In this document: piece after piece, positions 10,463 through 19,655 of the stretch
Numbering within the stretch: the first letter of the stretch is position 1
Layout: the number at the start of each line of letters is the position of its first letter
Assembly (NCBI RefSeq): GCF_006345805.1
Contig: NW_021824149.1
Location: forward strand, 1 to 19,655
Length of the DNA: 19,655 nt
Source of the DNA: Octopus sinensis
Lineage: Eukaryota
Reading direction: 5' to 3'
The notes under the pieces: generated by a model
What the model saw: the letters and a program-made list of their open reading frames with translations, nothing else
The model's database searches: none
What the model was told of the DNA's origin: nothing
Made by a program: the position numbers and the translations under genes

Positions 10463-12558
10463 ACTTTCTTTATTGGCCACACAGGGCTGGACACAGAGGG
10501 GACAGATTACAAATGTAGAGCTTTTCTTTTCGGAGATGGAAAAAGAAAAAGAAGAATAAAATGAAAAACAAATGTAAAATTTCGATCAAAAGGGATCGGA
10601 AGAAAAAAAAAAAGACGATCAAAAGGGAACGTGTATCACAGAAAGTAAGAATTTTTTTTTTTTTTTCAAAGATTAGGTTCATCAGTGGAAAGAAAAGCCT
10701 ACAGAAAAGACCACGCTAACCTCAGGCAGGGAGGTAAAAAAAACACGAGAGCAAAGTGCTCTCTCTCTTTTACGATTTACAGGATCATGCTCAAAGTGGA
10801 TTCATCACTCGCACGCACCGTCTTTGCTACATTCATCCACCTTCTTTTTAAACTTTCAAGTGGTACTTGAAAAAGTTGATGAGCGATTGGCCAGAGAGGT
10901 AAGTGTTTGTCTCTAATCCTTTCGCTCGAGTCCACCACACACATTCTTTCACCACAGCCACCAGTACGATGAAAACTGCCTTGCCTTCCCGGTTGAGGGA
11001 AGGAGGAGGTGCAATTTTCACGATAGACCCGGCCGACAGCAGCCACACGTGACAGCAGCCGTTCGGCATAAGCCCACAGGTCCGAAATGTATGGACACTG
11101 CACGAGTGCGTGCAGAACGGTTTCGTCGCTCTCACCGCATCTCAGGCAAGTTGGTCCAGTGTATCTCGAACCCTGCCTGTAGAGCTTATCCCGAACAGAT
11201 AATGCTTCTCGATAGTACTGCCAGGTCAGAGATCTTTGGTGATTGTCCATAGGTCCCGGCCCGAAAGTTGTCCTGAAAGCTGTCAGGTGTCGACGCCCAG
11301 ATTCTGCTCGAGAACGTCGTCGCACCTCCCCTCCACTAATCCTCTATTGAGCACCTTTGTTGAAGGAAGAGTTGCTTGAGAGCAACGCGACACTCGCGAT
11401 GCCATTCGCCTAGCCTCGGTCTCGGTTTGATCCACGATTGTAGTTCGGCCAAATAGACGAGCTGCGGGAAAGCGCGTTGCACAAAATGCGACCACACGTG
11501 TTCACCATCGTCTATGAAGCGCCGGAGATGTCGCAGTCTCAGCGCATGTCTGCGCATCATCAACCACGGCATGCCTAGCCCTCCATTTAGCGGGTGTTGA
11601 CAGCAAATGGATCGCCTAACCATCGGAACGCTTCCCTTCCAAAGGAAGCGGAAGAGTATGCGTTCCAGTTTGGTGATGGTAGGGTCGGGACAAGGCACGA
11701 CGGTCAGGCGGTACTCGATGACTGATGCGATGTACGCGTTCGCCACCTCCGCCCGACCTTTTAGGGATAGCTTCCTCTCATCCCATTGCTGGGTGAGAGT
11801 GGCCACCCTAGTCGTTGTTTCGCCCCAGTTCTTCTCCATTTGGAGGCTCGGACCGAACCAGACTCCGAGCAATTTAACCGGTCCGTCCGTCCAGTGTCCC
11901 ACGATGGAGACGCTGTTGGACGGCATGGGCTTGCTTCTCCTGGTGCCGAGCCGGAAGCCCACTGACTTTTCCCGGTTAATTTTTGCTCCAGTTAACGCTT
12001 CGTATTCTTTTAGTGCCTCGCCGACCAGGTCGATGTGCTTGTGGCTCGACACTATGATGGTGACGTCGTCCGCGTATGCAGACACGCCCCTCCCGCATCA
12101 CAGCTCTCGTGGGATGCCCCTCAGCATCTCCAGTTTCCGCAGTAGTGGCTCTAGAGTCAATACATACAGAAGCGATGAGAGGGGGCATCCTTGGCGAACC
12201 GAACGCATGATGTTAAAAGGTCTGGAAAGAGGACCATTTACGCGAACTACTGAGCGGATGCCGCTGTATAATGCAGCGATCCAACCGCGGAAGATAGGAC
12301 CAAAACCAGCCGCTTTAAGGACAGCCTCCAAGTAGGCTTTTGATTGATCCAAATTGATCAGCGCCCCACCCATGCCAGGATCCTTAACTACCCTGTCTAT
12401 GATGTAGCGCATCAGATGGAGGTTGTCATGGATACTCCTACCCGGCACGGCGCATGTTTGCGCCTTGTTGACTAGTTTCTCGATGACAAGCTCCAACCTC
12501 TCGGCGTTGAGCAGAGTGATGGGCCTGAAGTTATCTATGATGTCCCCCTTGTTTGGAT
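10463..12558 (-). mobile_element. Tx1-clade (L1-like) LINE, 5'-truncated, ~2.1 kb (copy E1)
   Basis: RT motifs NFRPITLLN, LDQSKA, VRQGCPLS, SAYADD, KLLGVWFG, LSLKGRA..N; C-terminal CCHC knuckle CLRC..DETVLHALVQC; 3'UTR ending AATAAAGAAAGT|(TATC)2. Confidence 0.95.
10777..12558 (-). pseudogene. Disrupted ORF2 (reverse transcriptase plus zinc knuckle) of Tx1 copy E1
   Basis: In-frame TGA at 12098-12100 just before VSAYADD. Frameshifts near 11370, 11290, 11040 and 10855, and two in-frame deletions in the RT. Confidence 0.92.
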
Positions 12559-12596
<38 letters not shown>

Positions 12597-12597
12597 G

Positions 12598-12655
<58 letters not shown>

Positions 12656-12680
12656 CGGACAAGCAGACAGACACATAGAT
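12559..12680. repeat. (GATA)/(GACA)n array, upstream flank of the Tx1 stack
   Basis: Direct reading. Abuts the 5' truncation point of E1. Confidence 0.95.
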
Positions 12681-12969
12681 CGAGAGAGGGAGAGAAAGAG
12701 AGAAAAGGTGGGAGGGAGAATGACAATAAAAGAAAAAGGGTATAGCCAAATATAGAAAGGGAGAAAGAGAGGGATGAGAGAACGGGGGTTGGATTCGGAA
12801 GGTAGGTGTGTGTGTTGCTGGAGTGGGGCAGAATTTAACATTGGACTATGTTGTTAAGTGTCGTAGGGAGGCACAGTTAAAAGGGCTTAGCCATAGAGAA
12901 AGAGAAAGATGGCGGGCAAATATGGCGACGGAAAGTGACAGACGCAGAATATGAGATTGGAATCAGGAA

Positions 12970-13045
12970 GTAAAAGTAGTAGCAGCAGCAGCACCGGCGG
13001 CAGCAGCAGCAGTCGCAATATTAGTATTAGTAGCAGTAGTATTAA

Positions 13046-13101
<56 letters not shown>

Positions 13102-13460
13102 ACAGCAGCAACAGAAGAAGAAAGAGAAGGAGAGGAAGAAGAAAATCAGACGTGGTGGCTGTGTGATTACCTATTTCTGTGTGCGTGTGTGTGTGTGTGC
13201 GTGTGTGTGTGTGCGTGCGTGTCTGTGTGTTAGAATGTCGGTGCTTTTAATGTGTATTAGTGTGTGTATGTGTGTGTGTGCGTGTCTGTGTGCGTGTCTG
13301 TGTGTTAAGTATTGGATAAAACGAGCTGCTATGATATCTGCAGGAAAAGAGACCGACTTAGTTATGTGGGTGGGAAGAGAAGTGTGTAGGTGTGTGAGAG
13401 TGTGAGTGTGTGTGAAGTTGTATGCTTCTATGTGTGTATATATGTCAGTGTATGTATGTG
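12970..13460. repeat. (AGC)/(AGT)/(AGA) triplets then degenerate (TG)n
   Basis: Direct reading. Confidence 0.9.
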
Positions 13461-13564
13461 TGTGTGTGTGAGTGTATGAGGAAGGTCGGCGAAGTTGGTC
13501 AATCTGGGTGAAGTTAAGTGGGTCGACCTGAGAGAACGGAATAAGTAATACGGCCTGACAGTGT

Positions 13565-13823
<259 letters not shown>

Positions 13824-13824
<1 letters not shown>

Positions 13825-13906
13825 TTATTCTTTCTTTGGCCACAAGGACTTACATAAGATAACAGTAAAAGACATGTAACAACATTGCAGACAAAAACAG
13901 GACGAT
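13824..13906 (-). mobile_element. 3' terminus of a second Tx1-like family, followed by (TTA)n
   Basis: Minus strand ..CTTATGTAAGTCCTTGTGGCCAAAGAAAGAATAAG|TTATTATTA resembles TATGTGCAGCCCTGTGTGGCCAATAAAGAAAC of E3. Confidence 0.6.
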
Positions 13907-14029
13907 CACCTTGGGCAAGTGTCTTCTACTATAGCCTCGGGCCGACCAAAGCCTTGTGAGTGGACTTCATTGACGGAAACTGAAGGAAGCCCGTCGTATA
14001 TATGTATGTATATATATATATATACATAC

Positions 14030-14083
<54 letters not shown>

Positions 14084-14312
14084 ATGTGTCTGTGTTTGTC
14101 CCCCCAACATCGCTTGACAACCGATGCTGGTGTGCTTACGTCCCTGTAACTTAGCGGTTCGGCAAAAGACACCGATAGAATAAGTACTAAGCTTTCAAAG
14201 AATAAGTCCTGTGGTCGATCTGCTCGACTAAAGGCGTTGCTCCAGCATGGCTACAGTCAAATGACTGAATCAAGTAAAAGAGTAAATGAGTAAGGAGAGT
14301 AAAAAGAGTAAA
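13907..14312 (+). mobile_element. SINE family A body (headless) with internal (TA)n(TG)n and AGTAAA(A)G-repeat tail
   Basis: Starts CACCTTGGGCAAGTGTCTTC (overlapping the end of the 935-1023 head). The 3' half matches 2481-2704 and 3235-3413. Confidence 0.9.
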
Positions 14313-14680
14313 TTCAAGACTCTCAATAGGGGATGCGCTTTAAGATCCTCTTGCAAAATCCCACAAAAGCCACAGGTGCTTGAACAGCAGGAAAGAACCC
14401 TTCTCATTTTCTTCTACAGGTGAACGCTCAGAATTGGTCCTTCCATACCGACCATTCTTCCAACATTCTTCCACCTTTCAGAAAACTTGCTACAAGGCAA
14501 CATCTCCCTCTCCGCGTCCAACTTCCTTTTCAAGTGAAATTTGAAAAAGTTGATGAGGGCTTGGCCTAAGAAGAAAGTGTCTGTCTTTAGCCCTTTCAAA
14601 AGAGTCCACCATACTACTTCTTTCGCTACACCCTGTCTCTCCAGGTCAAAAGAGGGCGGCGGGGCAATGATTATTAGAAG
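14313..14680 (-). mobile_element. Tx1-like LINE fragment, divergent family (ORF2 C-terminus plus start of 3'UTR)
   Basis: IAPPPSF..VAKEVVWWTLLKGLKTDTFFLGQALINFFKFHLKRK...FSERWKNVGRMV..L* is homologous to the E1/E2/E4 C-termini. UTR motif ATCCCCTATTGA at 14323-14334. Confidence 0.88.
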
Positions 14681-14700
14681 TAGGAAGGTCATGCTTATGT

Positions 14701-15290
14701 AGGATAAAAGATTGCAAAGATAAAGTACAATACAAGAAATTGAAAACGAATGAAACTGAAAATAGGTGGTTAAAGAAAAGAATGCATGGTCAATTTCATA
14801 GGGATGTTGAAGATAAGACAGACAGAGAAAAAAGGTGGCTGTGGATGACTAAAAGTGATTTAAAACCGGAAACGGAGGCTCTAATCTGTGCTGCCCCAAG
14901 AGCAAGCACTAAGAACTAACTACATAAAATACAGAATAGACAACACATCAGAAAGAGTTAAGGCAGAATCTGTGGAAAAAACGGTGAAACTATATGGCAT
15001 ATTACCAGCCAATGTACGCCACTAACCCAGAAGACGCCACGACAATATAGCCAGGCTTATCCATTGGACACTTTGCAACAAGTATGGACTTGACAGAACA
15101 AGACATTGGTGCGACCACAAATCTGAAGGCATTGTCGAAAATAGTAAGGCAAAGATCCTATAGGATTTTATGATTCAGTGCGACCATGAGATTGAGGATA
15201 GGAAGCCGGACATTAGGAAGTCTTAATTGAGAAAGAAAACAAGCGATGCTGGATCATAGACATAGCATGCCCAGCTGACAACAAGGATGC
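14701..15290 (+). mobile_element. R4/Dong-clade (RLE-type) non-LTR retrotransposon, decayed C-terminal fragment
   Basis: My translation across frameshifts: WLKKRMHGQF..WLWMTKSDLKPETEALICAA/QEQALRTNYIK../CRICGKNGETIWHITSQC../RHDNIARLIHWTLC..KIL*DFMIQCDHEIEDRKPDI/..CWIIDIACPAD. This gives a CCHC knuckle, an RHD motif and a PD-(D/E)xK-type endonuclease start. Confidence 0.88.
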
Positions 15291-15393
15291 TCTGTTTCGC
15301 ATCCTGGACATGTCAGACCGACTTTGCTAATAAATCTGTTGCATTTATACTGAACCGGCCACCTCACTTCATGAGCCCCGACTCGACAGTCTT

Positions 15394-15497
15394 CTTTCTA
15401 TTTTAGACACAAGGCCAGCACCAATGAGGGGAGGGGATTAGGTAAACCCACTGACCCTGGTTCTTGAATGGTGCTTCATCTTATCGAAACTTGGAAG
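15394..15497 (-). mobile_element. Diverged SINE family B 3' half with tail 2
   Basis: Minus strand CGATAAGATGAAGCACC..CAGGGTCAG..CCCCTCCCCTCATTGGTGCTGGCCTTGTGTCTAAAATAGAA. Confidence 0.65.
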
Positions 15498-15751
15498 TTA
15501 GCCAATAATGATGAGAAGAACAAGAACAATAATAATTACTTATATTGGCCGCTCGTTCTTTCCACCTGTCTTTCTCCTCTTCTAGAAGATATTGGTTGTG
15601 GTTAGATTTGCAGACGACTGAATTATACATGCTCTAAAGATGACCAGATCAAGCTGTATGTCATGATGACATCCCTGTGGTTCCCTCGAGGATTTGAAGG
15701 CCCAAGCCGAAGCAAACCGTACACCGACATACATACAAAAAAACACACATC

Positions 15752-16014
15752 TGTCTATCCATTCATCCATCTCTCTCTCTCTCTCTCTTTCTCTCTATCT
15801 ATGTATCTATCTACCTATCTATCTATCATTTATCTATCGGTCTACCTGTCTGTCTATCTGCCTGTTTCACTGTCTGTCTGTTTCTCTGTCTGTCTATCCA
15901 TCTATCTATCTATATATCTATCTATCTATCTATCTATTTGTCTGTATATCTGTTTATCTGTCTCTCTGTCTGTCCGTCGATCCATCCGTCTATTTATCTA
16001 TCTCTCTGACTGTC

Positions 16015-16106
<92 letters not shown>
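15752..16106. repeat. Degenerate then pure (TATC)n array, upstream flank of E4
   Basis: Direct reading. Confidence 0.95.
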
Positions 16107-16107
<1 letters not shown>

Positions 16108-16946
16108 CTACAGACTCGGCTCGAGAAACATGGGGCCGACGTGCCCGAAATGCAGTCAGAGCGACGAAACCGTTCTGCACGCACTCGTGCAGTGTCCAAC
16201 AATTTCCGACCTGTGGGCTTATGTCGAACGACTGCTGTCACGTGATGGACGAGTCGGTTTATCAGCCGAGTCTATCGTCAATATTGTCACGCCTCCTTCC
16301 TTCAAACGGGAAGGAAGAGCTATTTTCATCATCCTTGTGGCTATGGCGAAAGAATGTATCTGGTGGTCGCGTCTGAAAGAATTGGAGACAAACAGTTTTT
16401 TCTCTGGTCAATCTCTCGTCAACTTTTTCAAGTATCACTTGAAAAGGAAAGTGAGAGTAGAGAGGCAAGTTTTGTCTAGCGAATGTTTTAAAAAATGATG
16501 GGTGAATGTAGCAAGGGTGGCACGTATGAATGACGAAGCCACCTTGAGCATGATCCTATGAACCCGGAAATTTAAAACAGAGGGTTACCTACTTGCAAAC
16601 AAACGTGGTAACATGTAACAATATTGACCGAGGTTACCGTGGTCTTTTGCGTAGGCTTTTCTTCCCACGGATACACCTTATCTGCTTCCCCTTTACACCT
16701 TACATCATGACACTGTGATACACGATCCCTATTGCTCGTTTTTTTCAGTTTTTCTTTTTTTCCCCTTTTTTGTTTCTCTTCTTTTCTTTTCTTTTCTTTT
16801 TTATCTTCTTTCTGCCTTCCCTTTTATGATACCTTTTGATCGAAAACCTACCCCAGCTTTATATTTTTTCTCTCCCCCAAAAAGAAAAGCTCTACTTTGT
16901 AATCTGTTCCGTCTGTTTGCAGCCCTGTGTGGCTAATAAAGAAACA
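16107..16946 (+). mobile_element. Tx1-clade LINE, 5'-truncated (zinc knuckle, C-terminus, 3'UTR; copy E4)
   Basis: GPTCPKCSQSDETVLHALVQC...KECIWWSR...; premature TGA at 16496-16498; ends AGCCCTGTGTGGCTAATAAAGAAACA|TATCTATC. Confidence 0.95.
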
Positions 16947-16999
16947 TATCTATCTATCTATCAATCTATCTCTCTTTACCCCCCCATATATATATATAT

Positions 17000-17050
<51 letters not shown>

Positions 17051-17240
17051 CAGACACACATATACATAAATATAAATGTATAGTTACATAATACATATAC
17101 ATCTCGCTCTCTCTCTCACACACACATATTTATACATTCTTTCGCATACATATGCATACATGTACATGAATATATATGTGTGTGTGTGTGTGTGTGTAAG
17201 TCCATATAGACATACACATGCGTACACACACACACATGTT
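16947..17240. repeat. Short (TATC) run then TA/CA/TG microsatellites
   Basis: Direct reading. Confidence 0.9.
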
Positions 17241-17342
17241 ACGCTTTTACTAATCAATGCTTTATTAAAACAATGCAAATATCATTTCTTTAAAAAAATA
17301 TATATTATCAATAACAATAACACGAGCGATAACAACACGCCA

Positions 17343-17356
17343 AACATGGCGGAAGT
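17343..17356 (+). promoter_or_regulatory. Overlapping YY1-like (AACATGGCGG) and ETS-like (CGGAAGT) motifs
   Basis: Exact matches to AANATGGCGG and CGGAAGT in a locally CpG-containing patch. Confidence 0.3.
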
Positions 17357-17363
17357 TATCCAG
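17346..17363 (+). CDS. Candidate first coding exon (MAEVIQ, phase-0 donor CAG|GTGAAA), unidentified gene
   Basis: ATG in AAACATGG context followed after 6 codons by a donor-like site. No downstream exon identified. Confidence 0.25.
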
Positions 17364-17689
17364 GTGAAAAATCGTATCTAGAAGCTAACAAATTAGCAAA
17401 TATCAGCGTATTGATCTTTTCGGTTGTTTTTTTTTACTTATGTTTAGCTTATGGAATAGTTTTTGGTTATTTTTTTTTCTTTTCGTTTGGTCGTGTTCTT
17501 CTTCATATATATTTTGGTATTTTTACGAAGAACCGAGAAAGTTTCTCTTGCATAAAAAATATATTCAGAATAGAATTAATATGGAGGAAGGAAGACACGT
17601 AGACATACAAACTGCAGAAAAGGAAAAAACAAAACAAAAAAGGACGAAAGCAAAAAAAAAGCAAGAGAGAAAAGCAGACAACACTAAGC

Positions 17690-17704
17690 AAGTGATATAT
17701 ATGT

Positions 17705-17758
<54 letters not shown>

Positions 17759-18017
17759 GTATATATATATATTATACATATAGATATATACATACATATA
17801 TATATACACACACATACATATACATATATATATACACACACATACATATATATATACATACATGTATATATGTATACATGTATGCATATATAAGCATGTG
17901 TTTGCGTATATATATATACATATATATACATACATATATATAATACATATATATGTATGTGTTTGTATATGCATATATATATATATACGTATATATATAT
18001 ATGTATGTTTATTATGC

Positions 18018-18064
<47 letters not shown>

Positions 18065-18090
18065 TGTGTGTTTATGTATGTATGTAGGTG
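17690..18090. repeat. (TA)n/TACA/TATG microsatellite block
   Basis: Direct reading. Confidence 0.95.
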
Positions 18091-18410
18091 GTGATTAATG
18101 AAATAGTGACAAGCTTGCTAACATGTAAGAGATAATATCGTGATTGGAAGAAAAGAGGGAGTGAAGTGCGTGTAGGGGGTAGGGGAGGGGCTGTTAGGTG
18201 CAAAAAATGTAGGGAGAGAAAAATGCAGCGCAGATCTACTGCAACAGAGTATGAAGAAACGTGAAGACAGATGTAATGTAGGGCATGCTAGAGTAAGGTG
18301 ATGGTAACAAAACAAAACGATATATATATATATATATATATGTATGTATATGTATATGTATAGAAAAATTGGAAGCAATTATGACTACCATCTTTGTCAA
18401 AGAACAGCAT

Positions 18411-18661
18411 CAATAATAACGATGATGATGATGATTCTACTACTACTACTACTACTACTACTAATAATAATAAATAAACTAATATAATAATAATAATAAT
18501 AATAATAATATTAATAATAATAATAAGAAGAAGAAGAAGAGAGAAGAAGAAGAAGAAGAGAAGAAGAAGAGAAGAAGAAGACGAAGGAAGAAGAAGAAAA
18601 GAAGAGGAAGGAAGAAGAAGAAGAAGAAAAAAGAAGAAGAGAAGAAGAAGAGAAGAAGAAG

Positions 18662-18690
<29 letters not shown>
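18411..18690. repeat. Trinucleotide series (GAT)-(TAC)-(TAA)-(GAA)
   Basis: Direct reading. Confidence 0.95.
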
Positions 18691-18691
<1 letters not shown>

Positions 18692-18692
<1 letters not shown>

Positions 18693-19440
18693 GTAAGATC
18701 AAGTTCCTATATCCGGGATATTTCTGATTTTGTATCTAAATTCAACAGCATTTTTAAGCACCGAGGCCGTGTCGAGAACTGTATTTTGGTAACCATGGAT
18801 GTTTCTTCTTTATATCCCAATATTGACCACGATGAAGGGTAGAGGCATGCATGGATGCCTTCGGAAATTGGTTAAACAAATGTATTCCATCAAAGTTTCT
18901 CTGTAGGTTACTGAGGATTGTGTTACAAAGTAACAAAATGAAGATTGGCCAAACATTTTACTACCAGACCAGGGGTTTCACCATGAATACCACAGTTTTT
19001 ATGACGAAATTCGAGACACAGTTACTGAAGACATTCAAATCCCTTCGCGGTCATGAGCCAATACTCTGATTACGGTTCATTGATGACGTCTTTTTTTCTG
19101 GGAATGATCACAGGATAGTTTAATTGACTTCTTGCATTTCTGTGACTGTTATGCTAAAAGCTATGGCTTTAAGTCTAACATAAAATTTACGTCTAGTTTT
19201 TCAAAAACTAGCGTTGAATATTTGGACACAAAAGTTAAGCTTTCTGGAGGCAGAATAGTGACAGAGTTATTTTGGAAGCACACGTCACCCCACATTTACC
19301 TCCGATCATCCACATCATATTATTCGGTCAAATCCGAAATCCCAACTTTTGAGGATAAAACGGATTTGTACTGATATAGGAGATTACTGGAAGCATGCAA
19401 ATGCTTTTGTACATCACGTCTGGAAAGGTGGGTGTTTCGT
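18692..19440 (+). mobile_element. Penelope-like element (PLE), decayed reverse transcriptase fragment
   Basis: SSYIRD..DF, LVTMDVSSLYPNIDHDEG (18795-), YQTRG.TM, L*LRFIDDVF (19073-19087), IKFT..SVEYLDTKV..GRIVTELFWK..IYL, LRIKRIC. These are PLE RT palm/thumb motifs, broken by stops and frameshifts. Confidence 0.88.
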
Positions 19441-19487
19441 TCAACATCCTTAAACAACCCTTATTCAGGGTCATTTTGAAGAATATA

Positions 19488-19655
19488 CATTCTAATTTTG
19501 GCACAAAACCAGTAAATTTAAGGGAAGCGGGGCAGCTCAGTTTAATCGACCACAGTACTCGATAAGTACCCTGATATGTTGACCCTGGATGAATGAAAGG
19601 CGAAGTCTAGCCGGCGGAATTTTAACTCAGAAAGTGAAGGCGGAGGAATGTCGCG
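19488..19655 (-). mobile_element. SINE family B-type copy with tail 2, 5' part beyond the window edge
   Basis: Minus strand TTCTGAGTTAAAATTCCGCC..GACTTCGCCTTTCATT..CAGGGTCAAC..GTACTGTGGTCGATT..CCCTTAAATTTACTGGTTTTGTGCCAAAATTAGAA. Confidence 0.8.

Noticed and set aside
12560-12841. N-terminal extension of ORF 12098-12841 as an ORF1 or endonuclease region
   Set aside because: It is read-through of (TATC)n and CT-rich flank. LINE homology starts only at PNKGD (~12558).
12905-12955. Second YY1-like ATG cluster (AAGATGGCGG..ATATGGCG)
   Set aside because: Both ATGs close within about 10 codons with no splice donor.
15586-15621. RT-like motif VRFADD
   Set aside because: It is followed immediately by a stop with no other RT motifs. 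A 42-bp microexon (15614-15655) is conceivable but unsupported.

Overview
Eukaryotic (animal) genomic DNA, most likely intronic or intergenic, very rich in microsatellites. The SINE/LINE repertoire and repeat density suggest an octopod cephalopod; this is inferred from recalled sequence style, not a database match. No intact gene is visible, and nearly all ORF-track entries are translations of simple repeats. The recognisable content is retroelements: (i) four 5'-truncated Tx1-clade (L1-like) LINE copies, three stacked head-to-tail on the minus strand (9622-12558) and one on the plus strand (16107-16946), each with (TATC)n on both sides; (ii) a more distant Tx1 relative ending in (TTA)n and split by a SINE; (iii) a decayed R4/Dong-clade RLE-type LINE fragment; (iv) a decayed Penelope-like RT fragment; (v) about ten tRNA-derived SINE copies or fragments sharing a core but carrying three different 3' tails, one of which matches the Tx1 3' end (33/40 nt). 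The most interesting candidate system is a (TATC/GATA)n-targeting Tx1 retrotransposon family, its stacking behaviour, and a SINE that appears to have borrowed a Tx1 3' end. Novelty cannot be verified without Repbase/Dfam searches.
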